Part shown: piece after piece, positions 49,760 to 60,427 of the stretch
Layout of the letters: every line of letters begins with the position of its first letter
How positions within the stretch are numbered: position 1 is the first letter of the stretch
Assembly (NCBI GenBank): GCA_963703955.1
Contig: CAVPGK010000015.1
Span: 96,001-160,000, forward strand
DNA: 64,000 nt
Source of the DNA: Nitrospirota bacterium
Lineage (GTDB): Bacteria; Nitrospirota; Nitrospiria; Nitrospirales; Nitrospiraceae
Direction of reading: 5' to 3'
Program-made: the position numbers and the translations under genes
The notes under the pieces: generated by a model
The model's input: only the letters and a program-made list of their open reading frames with translations
What the model was told of the DNA's origin: nothing
Databases searched by the model: none

Positions 49760-50662
49760 TCAGCGATCAGCCTTTAGCTCCGGGTGAGTGCCGGCAGCTG
49801 ATTGCTGACAGCTCATGATGGCTTCTGTGACACGGACCACGTCCCGTATCTGTTCGACGTCATGCACCCGAACGACCCGAGCTCCGTTGAACACCGCCAC
49901 AACAACCGCCGCCGCCGTACCCATGAGACACTCGTCCACCTGTCGATCCAATACCCGGCCGATAAACGCCTTCCGCGAGACCCCGATGAGGACCGGCCGA
50001 CCAAGCGTGGTCAACGCATGGAGCCGCGCCAACAGTGTGAGATTATGCTCCAAATTCTTGCCGAATCCAATGCCGGGGTCAAGGAGAATACGGTCCGGGC
50101 TGATCCCGGCGTTGAGAGCCGCTTGCATTCGCTCCTGAAAAAAAACGTGCACCTCATCCGTTACGTTGACGTAGTGCGGCGCCTGCTGCATGTCCTTCGG
50201 CGTTCCTTGCATATGCATGAGAACAATTCCAGCCCCATATCGAGCCACAACCGAAGCCATCTCGGCATCGAACCGGAGAGCGCTAATATCGTTAATTATA
50301 GTCGCCCCGGCGTCCAGCGCCTGCTCAGCGACCCGAGCCTTTCTGGTGTCGACCGAAACAGGCACCGCCACCTTCCGGCAGACTGCACGCACCACGGGAA
50401 GCAACCGGCGTAATTCCTCATGTTCCTCCACGGGGTTAGAGCCCGGCCTGGTGGATTCAGCCCCGATGTCAAGCAGGTCAGCGCCTTGCTCAACCATGGT
50501 CAGAGCGCGCGCCAGAGCCGCCTCAGGGTCCAGGTACAGACCGCCGTCGGAAAAGGAATCGGGGGTGGCATTCAGTACCCCCATGATGTGGACTCGATCA
50601 GATAATGGAAGGATACGATCTTTGACCCTAAGTACCTCTCGGGTGCACGAAGAACTCGGCAT
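49760..50662 (-). CDS. folP: Dihydropteroate synthase
   Basis: [41 protein letters not shown]. Confidence 0.97.
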   Translation of the reverse strand: MPSSSCTREVLRVKDRILPLSDRVHIMGVLNATPDSFSDGGLYLDPEAALARALTMVEQGADLLDIGAESTRPGSNPVEEHEELRRLLPVVRAVCRKVAVPVSVDTRKARVAEQALDAGATIINDISALRFDAEMASVVARYGAGIVLMHMQGTPKDMQQAPHYVNVTDEVHVFFQERMQAALNAGISPDRILLDPGIGFGKNLEHNLTLLARLHALTTLGRPVLIGVSRKAFIGRVLDRQVDECLMGTAAAVVVAVFNGARVVRVHDVEQIRDVVRVTEAIMSCQQSAAGTHPELKADR

Positions 50663-50745
50663 GACCGTTCGCCTTATCAAACCAACCGCGAGCCGGGCAG
50701 GATAACAACTGTGGGAGACCCGCACAGGGACCTGTTTTAAACAAT

Positions 50746-50781
50746 GCGATGCGCACGACAGGGGCCCGCCGTGCGCATCGC
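50746..50781 (-). terminator. Hairpin downstream of ftsH (possible terminator)
   Basis: 12-bp IR GCGATGCGCACG / CGTGCGCATCGC followed by ATTGTTT on the minus strand. Confidence 0.5.
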
Positions 50782-50797
50782 GAGACCACTTGGGAAA

Positions 50798-52612
50798 TCA
50801 GACAGGAACAGCCTGCGGCATTGAACCTTTCTGAATAATCTGATCGATTTCCAGAGCGTCGAGCACTTCCTTCTCCAGCAGTGCTTCCGCCAGGGCTTTC
50901 AGTATGCCCATGTGTTCGGTGAGCATGCGCTTCGCCCGTTCGTAATTCTCAATGACCAACCGTTTCACTTCATGATCGATCTCAATGGCCACCTGCTCGC
51001 TGAAATCACGGCGAGTTGCGATCTCGCGACCGAGAAAGATTTCCTCGTCCTTTTTTCCGAAGGTCAGCGGACCCAGCTTCTCGCTCATCCCCCACTCACA
51101 GACCATTTTGCGGGCCAAATCGGTGGCGCGCTCGATGTCGTTCCCGGCGCCGGTCGTGACATGATTAAGGACCAACTCCTCAGCCACTCGCCCGCCGAGA
51201 AGAATCGCCAAGTTGTTGTAGAGAAAGTCCTTGGAGAAGTTGTGCCGGTCGTCGGTCGGAAGCTGCATGGTCACGCCCAAGGCTCGTCCACGGGGAATGA
51301 TCGTGACTTTGTGGACAGGATCGGCGCCAGGCAACAACTTGGCCATGAGCGCATGGCCGGCCTCATGATACGCGGTGGTCCGCTTCTCCTCGTCGGTCAA
51401 GACCATGCTCTTGCGCTCGGCGCCCATGAGCACCTTGTCTTTCGCGGTCTCAAAATCCACCAACTCCACGACCTTCTTATCCTGCCGAGCCGCCCAGAGC
51501 GCGGCTTCATTGACCAGATTTTCCAAATCGGCGCCCGAAAACCCTGGCGTCCCGCGAGCGATTTTTTCCAACTCAACATCGCCCGCGATTGGTACCTTCT
51601 TGGTGTGCACCTTGAGGATTTCGGCGCGACCCCTCAGGTCAGGACGATTCACCACAATCTGTCGATCAAATCGGCCAGGCCTCAGCAGAGCCGGATCCAG
51701 CACATCAGGCCGATTGGTGGCCGCAATGAGGATGACCCCTTCCGTCGTGTCGAACCCATCCATTTCCACAAGAAGCTGGTTCAGTGTCTGTTCCCGCTCG
51801 TCATGGCCACCCCCGAGTCCGGCTCCGCGCAGGCGACCGACCGCATCGATCTCGTCGATGAAGATAATGCACGGCGCATGTTTCTTGCCTTGCTCGAACA
51901 AATCGCGCACACGGGATGCGCCCACCCCAACGAACATTTCCACGAAGTCCGAGCCGCTGATACTGAAAAACGGCACACCCGCTTCCCCTGCAATGGCTTT
52001 GGCGAGAAGCGTTTTTCCAGTGCCCGGCGGACCCACGATCAGCACGCCTTTGGGAATCCTCCCGCCCAGCTTTTGGAACTTTCTGGGATCCTTTAGGAAT
52101 TCGATAATTTCCGAGACTTCTTCCTTCGCTTCGTCAATCCCCGCCACATCCGAGAAGGTGATTTTTTTCCGTTCCTCGGTCAGCATGCGGGCGCGGCTTT
52201 TTCCGAAGGAAAGCGCCTTGTTTCCCCCGATCTGCATTTGACGCATCAAGAAAAACCAGAGCCCCAGAAACAGAATGAATGGTCCCCACGTGACGAGGAA
52301 CGTGATATACCACGGACTCTCATCTGGGGGCTTGGCCTCGATCTGAACGTTGCGTTCACGAAGCACCTTCACCATGTCCGGATATTCGGCCGAGTAGGTT
52401 CGGATCCGGGTGCCGTCCTTAAGAATAGCGCTGATGTGATTGGACTTGATGATAACTTTGGTGACGTCGCCCTTATCCAACTGGGCCATGAAGTCGCTAA
52501 AAATCACTTCTTCTTCGGGCGCATGAGTCGGAACGCTAAATAGATTGAAGAGCAGAATCATGAAGAGCCCGACTACAACCCAGAACAGCAGGTTTTTCAC
52601 CCGAGAATTCAT
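50798..52612 (-). CDS. ftsH: ATP-dependent zinc metalloprotease FtsH
   Basis: Two [26 protein letters not shown]. Confidence 0.99.
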   Translation of the reverse strand: MNSRVKNLLFWVVVGLFMILLFNLFSVPTHAPEEEVIFSDFMAQLDKGDVTKVIIKSNHISAILKDGTRIRTYSAEYPDMVKVLRERNVQIEAKPPDESPWYITFLVTWGPFILFLGLWFFLMRQMQIGGNKALSFGKSRARMLTEERKKITFSDVAGIDEAKEEVSEIIEFLKDPRKFQKLGGRIPKGVLIVGPPGTGKTLLAKAIAGEAGVPFFSISGSDFVEMFVGVGASRVRDLFEQGKKHAPCIIFIDEIDAVGRLRGAGLGGGHDEREQTLNQLLVEMDGFDTTEGVILIAATNRPDVLDPALLRPGRFDRQIVVNRPDLRGRAEILKVHTKKVPIAGDVELEKIARGTPGFSGADLENLVNEAALWAARQDKKVVELVDFETAKDKVLMGAERKSMVLTDEEKRTTAYHEAGHALMAKLLPGADPVHKVTIIPRGRALGVTMQLPTDDRHNFSKDFLYNNLAILLGGRVAEELVLNHVTTGAGNDIERATDLARKMVCEWGMSEKLGPLTFGKKDEEIFLGREIATRRDFSEQVAIEIDHEVKRLVIENYERAKRMLTEHMGILKALAEALLEKEVLDALEIDQIIQKGSMPQAVPV

Positions 52613-52937
52613 CCGACTCCTCCTAGTCACCAAACAAACGCGATCGAAAGAATGTATCGGCAGATTTTAACACAGAGTCTCGAAATGTGACAAGAATGGC
52701 GCTAGGTGGCCGGATTTCGTCACGAGGTGGCCGGGACCGAAGGTCACCGGGGCTTCTCCCAAGGCGCACCGCGCATGAATAAAGATCGCCACCTCTGCGC
52801 ATGCCGCCGCTCATGGCGAGCCGGCCGGTTCTGAAAGATTGGACCCTCTGAATCAAACGTCGAGGAGGTCGAACAATAAAAGCCTCACTAGGGCGAAAGG
52901 ATCGACTGCCACAGTAGGCGTTCATCAATAATCCCGG

Positions 52938-53486
52938 TTAGGCCTCCTCGCCGGTGTCATCAACTTTGTCCAGAACCGCTAGATACGGAAGATTACGATA
53001 CTTCTGCTGGTAGTCGAGCCCATACCCCACGACGTACTTATTAGGAATTGCAAAGCCCGTGTACTGCACCGCGACATCCACCTTCCGCCGCTCCGGTTTG
53101 CTGAGCAGCGCACACACTTTGATCGATTTGGGCTTCCGTTTCGATAGCGTGTTGATCAGATTCTGAACCGTCAACCCGGAATCGACGATGTCCTCTACCA
53201 GCAACACGTCCCTCCCGGCGATGTCCTCCGTTAAATCCGTCATGATCTTCACCTTGCCGGTACTCTTCGGTTTGGAGCCATAACTCGTCACGACCAAAAA
53301 ATCCACCCGCAGGGGAAGCCGGATGGCACGCGCAAGGTCCGCGTAGAAGGCAAAGGCGCCTTTGAGAATACCGACAAGGATCAGGTCCTTGTCGACATAA
53401 TCCGCTGTAATCTGCCGCCCCAGCTCGCGAATGCGCGTCCGCATTTCTTCCTGGGTCACAATCGGTCTCCCGAATATACGTTCCAT
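52938..53486 (-). CDS. hpt: Hypoxanthine phosphoribosyltransferase
   Basis: LKGAF, VLLVEDIVDSGLT, VVGYGLDY. Confidence 0.97.
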   Translation of the reverse strand: MERIFGRPIVTQEEMRTRIRELGRQITADYVDKDLILVGILKGAFAFYADLARAIRLPLRVDFLVVTSYGSKPKSTGKVKIMTDLTEDIAGRDVLLVEDIVDSGLTVQNLINTLSKRKPKSIKVCALLSKPERRKVDVAVQYTGFAIPNKYVVGYGLDYQQKYRNLPYLAVLDKVDDTGEEA

Positions 53487-53488
53487 CG

Positions 53489-54979
53489 CTAAAGAGTCTC
53501 CTGCGCATCCACCGGATCGGAGAGTGTGACCATGATGATCCTTTTCGTCGTCGGCGTGACACGAAAGCGATGATCCATTCGATGTCCCCCCACCCAGAGA
53601 ATGCCTTCCGGCGCCAAAACCAGGGGAACCTTGGTCCGCTCCGCTCGCGGCAACTTAATGTCCGAAAAGTAGTCTTGAAGCTTCTTGCGTCGGCCACCCA
53701 TACCCAGAGGCTGAAACGCGTCACCTGGCTGCCAACATCGCACGATCAGGCTCATCGCGAAGGAATCGGCATCCAACAGGGCTACGTTTCGTGATCGGGA
53801 CCCCACGTGCCCCGGGCCAGGCAGCACTGAGTGTACCAAACTTGTCCGAATCAGTTGTCCGGTTAGCGGCCAAGCCTGCGTCGAAGGAACAGGCAACAAG
53901 AACTCCATAGAACCGCTGTCCGCGGGAGGAGCCTGATCACACAACCGAACGGCGCACACGTGGATCTGGTTGTAGTCACGACTGATCCGACTCCTCTGAA
54001 CGATGAGCGATGAGCCGGACCGTCCACGCACGACGCGTGTGAGCACGGCCGACACGGCGCCGAACCCTGGCCCTTGAGTTATCCCCGACACTCGCCGGAT
54101 CGCCGCACGGACGATCCGGCGTTGAAGCGCCACGGGCAACGCGATGAGGCCCTCCCGATCCACGACAAGCTCGCCGTTGGACGCCTTGCGAACCAGCCCC
54201 AAGAGGTGATCCGCTGCGACCTGTTCGAGCCAGAGGTTCTCCTCACGAAGGATGTCGGCCTGCCGTCCCAGCACTTGGATAATCGACGGATTGAACGCGG
54301 TCAAGACAGGCATGAGTTCCTGACGGATACGGTTCCGCAAATAGACCGGCTTCGCATTGGTCGAATCGACCCGCCATGGTAACCCCTCGGCCTCCAAGTA
54401 GGCGAGCACATCCGCACGCCTCATCGCCAACAAGGGACGGATAAATAGGGATTCACGCGTCGGGGGGATCCCGGACAGCCCGAGCGGACCTGATCCCCGA
54501 AGCATCCACATGAGAAGGGTTTCAGCCTGATCATCCCCTGTGTGACCAAGCGCGATCCTATCGGCACCAATCGACGCGCCGATTCGCATCATGGCGCTGT
54601 AGCGAGCCTCTCGAGCAACTTCCTGAAGCGAGCGGCCTTTCCATCGACTTGACAGACCGGCCGGTCCACCGAGGTCAATGTTCTCGCTGATCAGTTCGAT
54701 CCCCATCCGACCACACAGATCGGCAACAAAGCGCGCATCTTGATGGGACTCCTCACCTCGAAGACCATAGTTGAAATGGACGGCGGACAAGCTGAGGCGC
54801 CACGAGGGGGCCAGGGCCGCCAAGACCGACAGGAGCGCGACTGAGTCGGGGCCGCCGGACACCGCGATGAGGATTTTTTCGCCGGGTTCGAAGAGGCGGG
54901 GCCTGTTCACCATTTCGGCGACCCGTCGAACGAACGTCGATCGAAGCCTCGCTTCGTGAACGGGCATCTTCATGGGCAT
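53489..54979 (-). CDS. tilS: tRNA(Ile)-lysidine synthase
   Basis: AVSGGPDS, GH..DDQAET, IRPLL, RNRIR; TilS C-terminal KKLQDYF. Confidence 0.96.
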   Translation of the reverse strand: MPMKMPVHEARLRSTFVRRVAEMVNRPRLFEPGEKILIAVSGGPDSVALLSVLAALAPSWRLSLSAVHFNYGLRGEESHQDARFVADLCGRMGIELISENIDLGGPAGLSSRWKGRSLQEVAREARYSAMMRIGASIGADRIALGHTGDDQAETLLMWMLRGSGPLGLSGIPPTRESLFIRPLLAMRRADVLAYLEAEGLPWRVDSTNAKPVYLRNRIRQELMPVLTAFNPSIIQVLGRQADILREENLWLEQVAADHLLGLVRKASNGELVVDREGLIALPVALQRRIVRAAIRRVSGITQGPGFGAVSAVLTRVVRGRSGSSLIVQRSRISRDYNQIHVCAVRLCDQAPPADSGSMEFLLPVPSTQAWPLTGQLIRTSLVHSVLPGPGHVGSRSRNVALLDADSFAMSLIVRCWQPGDAFQPLGMGGRRKKLQDYFSDIKLPRAERTKVPLVLAPEGILWVGGHRMDHRFRVTPTTKRIIMVTLSDPVDAQETL

Positions 54980-54983
54980 CGCC

Positions 54984-55931
54984 TCACAGATCACTCCGTG
55001 ATGGAGAAATCGCCTTGAGCGTTTCCCTCGCAAGGGTCACATCCAGGTCAATGCGCGCGGACAGTTCTTCAGGTGTCTGAAAAACCCGATCTTCCCGGAG
55101 ACGATCAACGAACTGCACGCGAATGTGCTCATCGTACAGGTTGACCTGTTCATCCAGAAGATAAACTTCCAGCAGACGCTCCCCGGCACCAAAGGTGGGG
55201 CGCGTTCCGATATAGGAAACCGCTTCGAAGGTCCGCCTGTTCCACCACGTCCTGCTCGCATAGACCCCATCGGCGGGAATGACACGATCCTGAGGCAAGC
55301 GAAGATTGGCCGTCGGCCAGCCGAGTTTCTTCCCTCGATCCACCCCAGGGATCACAGTGCCGCTCAAGACATAGGGCCGGCCCAGAAAACGGGCTGCCCG
55401 CCGAACGTCTCCGGATTGCACCAGTGTTCGGATGCGTGTCGAGCTGACCACATCGCCGTCCACGCGGATCGCGGGCACGGCATGGACCCGAAATCCCGCC
55501 GTCGTTCCCAGCCGAACGAGGTCGCTCATCGTCCCGGTTCGGCCCTTTCCGAAGGCAAAGTGCTCTCCCACAAACAGTTCCCGCACCCCGATCCCGTCTC
55601 TCAACACGCCGAAGACGAACTCTGCCGGGGTCAAGGCCGCAAAGGCCGTGTTGAACTCAACAAAGATCACCTCTTCAATGCCGGCTTCTTGAAAGCGCGC
55701 GAGTTTGTCTTCCATAGTCATCAAAAAGCGGAGGACCGTTCCGGGAGACAAGACGGTGATGGGATGGGGATCGAACGTCAGCGCAACCGGCGTGCCGCCG
55801 TGCTGCGCCGCCTCCTGCACAACGGCCTGTAAGAGCGCCACATGCCCGAGGTGCTGGCCATCAAAATTGCCGATGGTAAGGACGGGGTATGGGGTTCGCT
55901 TATGCTCCGCGAGCCCCCGCGTGACTTTCAT
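54984..55931 (-). CDS. ribF: Bifunctional riboflavin kinase/FAD synthetase
   Basis: IGNFDGQHLGH, SSTRIR, LGWPTAN, G.RPTF. Confidence 0.97.
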   Translation of the reverse strand: MKVTRGLAEHKRTPYPVLTIGNFDGQHLGHVALLQAVVQEAAQHGGTPVALTFDPHPITVLSPGTVLRFLMTMEDKLARFQEAGIEEVIFVEFNTAFAALTPAEFVFGVLRDGIGVRELFVGEHFAFGKGRTGTMSDLVRLGTTAGFRVHAVPAIRVDGDVVSSTRIRTLVQSGDVRRAARFLGRPYVLSGTVIPGVDRGKKLGWPTANLRLPQDRVIPADGVYASRTWWNRRTFEAVSYIGTRPTFGAGERLLEVYLLDEQVNLYDEHIRVQFVDRLREDRVFQTPEELSARIDLDVTLARETLKAISPSRSDL

Positions 55932-55943
55932 GGCATCATCTCT

Positions 55944-56924
55944 TCATGCTCGTTCGTTCAAGAGTCTCGCGGCATCCTTGGCAAAATAGGTTAGGATGAG
56001 GTCGGCGCCCGCCCGTTTGATGGATAGCAACGATTCCATCATCGCCCGTGTTTCATCCAGCCAGCCGGCGCTGGCGGCGGCTTTGATCATGCTGTATTCT
56101 CCGCTGACCTGGTACGCAGCTACCGGCAAGGCAACGCGTGCCCGGGCCGCCGCGATCACATCCAGGAACGGCAGCGCCGGCTTGACCATGACGATATCCG
56201 CTCCCTCTTCGACGTCCAGGTCGATCTCGCGAAGGGCCTCCCGCCCATTGGCCACATCCATCTGATACGACCCGCGATCACCGAATTTGGGGGTGGAGTC
56301 TACTGCTTCACGAAACGGCGCGTAGAAGCAGGAGGCAAATTTGGCCGCGTATGACATGATCGGCAGATCGACAAACCCATGGCGGTCCAGTTCGTCGCGG
56401 ATGGCCGCCACGCGGCCATCCATCATGTCGGAAGGGGCCAGCATGTCCGCTCCCGCCTGCGCGTGTGTGCGCGCCATCGCCCGCAAACACTCCAACGTCT
56501 CGTCGTTGAGAATACGACCATCCTGCACCAAGCCACAGTGGCCGTGGGACGTGTATTCATCGATGCAGACATCCGTGATCACGAGCAACTCTGGCACCTG
56601 GTCCTTCAACATGCGCACGGCCTGTTGGACAATCCCGTCAGGATCATACGCCGACGACCCTCGCTCGTCTTTTCGGTCAGGGACGCCGAAAAGAATCACG
56701 GCAGGAATCCCGAGCAGTTTGACCTCCGCCGCTTCTTTGACGAGGAGATCCGCCGACCATCGGTACTGGCCCGGCATCGAGGTAATCTCTTCCCGCCGAT
56801 CCCGTCCCGTGGCGACAAACATGGGGTAAATCAAATCCTCGGTCGATAACTTCGTTTCTCGAACGAGACGGCGCAGCGGCTCATTCTGCCGCAATCGTCT
56901 CAATCGCTGTTGAGGAAACGCCAT
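55944..56924 (-). CDS. hemB: Porphobilinogen synthase
   Basis: [36 protein letters not shown]. Confidence 0.98.
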   Translation of the reverse strand: MAFPQQRLRRLRQNEPLRRLVRETKLSTEDLIYPMFVATGRDRREEITSMPGQYRWSADLLVKEAAEVKLLGIPAVILFGVPDRKDERGSSAYDPDGIVQQAVRMLKDQVPELLVITDVCIDEYTSHGHCGLVQDGRILNDETLECLRAMARTHAQAGADMLAPSDMMDGRVAAIRDELDRHGFVDLPIMSYAAKFASCFYAPFREAVDSTPKFGDRGSYQMDVANGREALREIDLDVEEGADIVMVKPALPFLDVIAAARARVALPVAAYQVSGEYSMIKAAASAGWLDETRAMMESLLSIKRAGADLILTYFAKDAARLLNERA

Positions 56925-56967
56925 ATTCAAACCCGATTGTAGAGCAACACTCGACGTGTGATCCGGT

Positions 56968-57089
56968 GGCTGCTCAAAATGGCCCTCCCAGGAATCCGCA
57001 GTGACTTCGGGACGCCGAGCCGTGCATTTCGCCTACGTCGACGCATCCGAACGACTGACAATGAAGTTGGGGCCCTTTTTTCAGCAACC
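56968..57089. repeat. Dispersed MITE/REP-like element, copy 3
   Basis: GGCTGCTCAAAATGGCCC ... GGGCCCTTTTTTCAGCAACC. Confidence 0.75.
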
Positions 57090-57090
57090 G

Positions 57091-57483
57091 CTATTTTCTT
57101 GGAAGATTGGTCAGGAACACGACCAGATCCCGCACGGAGATCATGCCGACTAATTTTCCGTTCCGCGTGACGCCCAGATGCCGGAGGTGCGAGTTCGCCA
57201 TAATGTCATTGGCATCAAGCAGCGTTTTGTTTTCTTCGATCGTGACGATCGGCGCCGACATGATCTGCTCAATGGCCATCTTCGCAGGATCTCCTCCGAC
57301 GGCCACCGCGCGTCGCACCATATCCGTATCGGTCACGATACCGATAATCTCCTTGCCACGGGAGATGAACAGACTGCCGATATTCCGATCGCGCATGATT
57401 TCCGCCGCCTTTCGGACGTCGGTATCGCGGTCGACCGTGACGAATTTTTCCGCAGGGATCATGAATGATTTCACTGGCACCAT
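57091..57483 (-). CDS. Tandem CBS-domain protein
   Basis: M.....IGSL, GIVTDTD, IMS.P, RHL.V...GKLVGMISVRD. Confidence 0.93.
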   Translation of the reverse strand: MVPVKSFMIPAEKFVTVDRDTDVRKAAEIMRDRNIGSLFISRGKEIIGIVTDTDMVRRAVAVGGDPAKMAIEQIMSAPIVTIEENKTLLDANDIMANSHLRHLGVTRNGKLVGMISVRDLVVFLTNLPRK

Positions 57484-57594
57484 GCTGATTCTCTCCTTTC
57501 AACAGTTCTGCCAAAAACCGCCCACACGATCACCGTCTCACTCCTCCATCCGATCGCTCAGAGCCTCACCGGAAGCATGTTCGTTGCTCGACGG

Positions 57595-59148
57595 TTAATG
57601 GCTGGCGCGCTGAAAATGATCGACAATGGCCCGCACCAGCGCCGGAATCGTATTTTCCTCAGCCAAGACCGCAACCACCAGTCCTTCCTCCTCGGCAGTC
57701 TGCGCGGTGATCGGACCGATACAGGCCACAGCGGAACCCGCCATGAGTTTGTTCATCTCTTCCCGACTATCGAACAGCCCGCAAAAGTTGCGTACCGTCG
57801 ACGAACTGGCGAAGGTCACCACGTCGATCTCATGACGAACGAATCGGTCTTTCAATTGCCCGACTTCGAGAGATGCGCGGACCGTCCGGTACACGGTCAC
57901 GACCCGCACGTCGGCGCCCATCTGGCGAAGTTGTTCAGGAAGAATCTCCCTCGCCATGGCCGCTCGCGCGATCAGAACTCGCTGTCCTGTCACCTCGGCT
58001 TTCAGAGCGTCGATGAGCCCTTCGGCCTGAAATTGACCAGGAATCACATCGGCGCTCAATCCGTATCGGCTCAACTCCTCCGCCGTTCTGGGGCCGATGC
58101 AGCAGAGCCTGAGACCCGAGAATGCCCGAGCATCCCGGCCTTGCTGCCGAAGGCGTTCCATGAAAGGGCGCACCCCGTTGACGCTCGTGAAGACCAACCA
58201 CTGAAAACGAGTCAACTCGGCAATAGCTGTATCCACCTCTGTCCAGTCTTCCGGGGGGGCAATTTGAATCACCGGACATTCGACCGGTTCGGCTCCATGA
58301 TCCAGCAACAAACGAGACAGCTCTCCGGCCTGTTCCCGAGCACGGGTCACCAGAATCCGCTTGCCGAACAAAGGCTTGCGCTCGAACCAGTTTAATTGCT
58401 CTCGAAGGCGAACGACGTTCCCTACAACGATCACGGTTGGCGGTTCGATCGCCGCGTGCGCGGCCTTCTGCACGATATCGCCCAACGTTCCGACCACGGT
58501 ACGCTGCGTTGAGCGAGTCCCCCAACGGATCAACGCCACTGGCGTGTCAACCGACTTTCCCTCCGTCGTCAGGTGTTCGACAAGAGCCGGCAGGTTCTTC
58601 AGCCCCATGAGGAATACCAGGGTGCCGTTGCCGGAGGCCAATCTCGGCCACTCCAATCTTGTTCCCCCTTTTGCCGGATCCTCGTGCCCTGTCACGAACG
58701 TGACCGTCGATGCCAACGTCCGATGGGTCACCGGAATGCCTGCATAGGCCGGCACCGCCACAGCCGACGTCACACCGGGAACGACCTCGAAAGGAATTCC
58801 TGAGGCGGCAACGGCTTCAGCTTCTTCCCCCCCACGTCCGAAGACAAAGGGATCTCCTCCCTTGAGCCGTACGACAATTTTGCCTTCACGGGCCTTGTCG
58901 ATGAGTAACCGGTTCACCTCCTTTTGATCCTGGTAGGCCCCTCGACCCCGGCGACCGACATACAATCGCTCGGCGTGAGCCGGAACGAGATCGAGAAGGA
59001 CAGGATTGGCTAAGTAGTCATAGAGCACGACATCTGCCTGTTCGAGGCATTCTTTACCCCGAATCGTTAATAGTCGAGGGTCTCCTGGACCTGATCCAAC
59101 TAAATAAACTTTTCCATAGTTCACAGATGATTTCTCAGGCTTGACCAT
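57595..59148 (-). CDS. cobA: Uroporphyrinogen-III C-methyltransferase / uroporphyrinogen-III synthase fusion
   Basis: [26 protein letters not shown], then HemD ILVTRA, FTSVNGV, FASSSTV, CIGP.TA. Confidence 0.96.
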   Translation of the reverse strand: MVKPEKSSVNYGKVYLVGSGPGDPRLLTIRGKECLEQADVVLYDYLANPVLLDLVPAHAERLYVGRRGRGAYQDQKEVNRLLIDKAREGKIVVRLKGGDPFVFGRGGEEAEAVAASGIPFEVVPGVTSAVAVPAYAGIPVTHRTLASTVTFVTGHEDPAKGGTRLEWPRLASGNGTLVFLMGLKNLPALVEHLTTEGKSVDTPVALIRWGTRSTQRTVVGTLGDIVQKAAHAAIEPPTVIVVGNVVRLREQLNWFERKPLFGKRILVTRAREQAGELSRLLLDHGAEPVECPVIQIAPPEDWTEVDTAIAELTRFQWLVFTSVNGVRPFMERLRQQGRDARAFSGLRLCCIGPRTAEELSRYGLSADVIPGQFQAEGLIDALKAEVTGQRVLIARAAMAREILPEQLRQMGADVRVVTVYRTVRASLEVGQLKDRFVRHEIDVVTFASSSTVRNFCGLFDSREEMNKLMAGSAVACIGPITAQTAEEEGLVVAVLAEENTIPALVRAIVDHFQRASH

Positions 59149-60094
59149 AGATTTCTTTCAGGATTGACTCACCCCCTCCCGCAAGCAGCCGTTCCGCCAA
59201 CCGAACACCCAAACTATGCCCGTCAGTTGCAGATCCCTGAACCGAGTCACGCACAATGCGCCGACCGTCTATACTCGCAATGAGCCCCTCAAGGACCACC
59301 TGCTCTTCCTTGATCACCGCGTGCGCAGCGATGGGAACCTGACACCCCCCTTCCAGCCGCTCGAGCAGTGCTCGCTCGGCCATGACGGCGATGCGTGTCG
59401 GAGAGTGATCCAAGCCCGAGACGAGACTTCGAACAAATGAATCATCGCGCCGCCCTTCCAGCGCTAAGGCACCCTGTCCGATCGCCGGAAGGCTTACAGC
59501 GAAGGGGAGGTATTCCGTCACTTCACCGTCCCAGCCCATGCGTCTCAGGCCTGCCGCCGCCAAGACAATGGCATCATACTCGCCAGTGCGCAGTTTGCGG
59601 AGTCGACTGTCCAAATTTCCGCGCAACATTTCGATCCGAAGGTCCGACCGGTGATGGAGAAGCTGTGACTGCCGACGTAGGCTGCTGGTTCCGACACGCG
59701 CTCCCTGGGGAAGCCGTTCCAACGTGAACGCCTCCCGGCTGACCAACGCATCTCTCGGATCCTCTCTCGCCGGAACACAGAGGATCTCGAGTGCGTCAGG
59801 AAGAACGGTCGGCACATCTTTCATGCTGTGAACGGCAAGATCGATGTCGCCTTGGATAAGCGCATCTTCGATTTCCTTGACAAACAGCCCCTTGCCGCCA
59901 ACCTTCGCCAGAGGAACGTCCAATATCTTATCGCCAGATGTCTTGATACGCCGTAGGGATACTCTGACGTCCGCAGAGATCTCCCGCAACCGGGCTTGTA
60001 CCCATTCCGCCTGCCACATCGCCAAGCGGCTGCCCCGCGTTCCGATCACGACCGACCCGCGTGGCGCCTGGGATGTCTTGACCGTGACGCTCAC
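59135..60094 (-). CDS. hemC: Hydroxymethylbilane synthase
   Basis: GTRGSRLA.WQ, GKGLFVKE, VHSMKD, GTSSLRR, EGGCQVP. Confidence 0.98.
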   Translation of the reverse strand: MSVTVKTSQAPRGSVVIGTRGSRLAMWQAEWVQARLREISADVRVSLRRIKTSGDKILDVPLAKVGGKGLFVKEIEDALIQGDIDLAVHSMKDVPTVLPDALEILCVPAREDPRDALVSREAFTLERLPQGARVGTSSLRRQSQLLHHRSDLRIEMLRGNLDSRLRKLRTGEYDAIVLAAAGLRRMGWDGEVTEYLPFAVSLPAIGQGALALEGRRDDSFVRSLVSGLDHSPTRIAVMAERALLERLEGGCQVPIAAHAVIKEEQVVLEGLIASIDGRRIVRDSVQGSATDGHSLGVRLAERLLAGGGESILKEIYGQA

Positions 60095-60408
60095 CGTCCC
60101 CGCTCCCGGTATGGACTGTCAAACGGCACCCCCCTGGATGTTCCCGAGCCCGGCAGTTTTTCCTGGTCATCGCCCAATGCCGCGGCCGGCCTTTGCCGAG
60201 AGATCGCGACGCCGTCCCTGTAATATGAAGAAACCAAAAAGAAACTCATCAATCCTAGGATCACCAGCAAGTAGACCAGGATATCCCAGCGGAACCCTTC
60301 TTTCTCACGGTAGTCATATCCACACCGGGGACAGTCGGGGAGCGGATCGTGCCCCAGGTAAGTGTGGCGGCACTTGGGACAAGTAAAGAGCTTCGGTCCC
60401 TTAGCCAT
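60091..60408 (-). CDS. Small Zn-ribbon / single-TM protein
   Basis: CPKC...CPRC followed by a TM segment; GTGA overlap with hemC. Confidence 0.75.
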   Translation of the reverse strand: MAKGPKLFTCPKCRHTYLGHDPLPDCPRCGYDYREKEGFRWDILVYLLVILGLMSFFLVSSYYRDGVAISRQRPAAALGDDQEKLPGSGTSRGVPFDSPYRERGR

Positions 60409-60427
60409 AACCGTGTCTCCACATCCA

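Noticed and set aside
52613..52937. Possible ncRNA between hpt and ftsH; also considered 62644-62992
   Set aside because: No recognisable family or strong structure; an Rfam scan is needed
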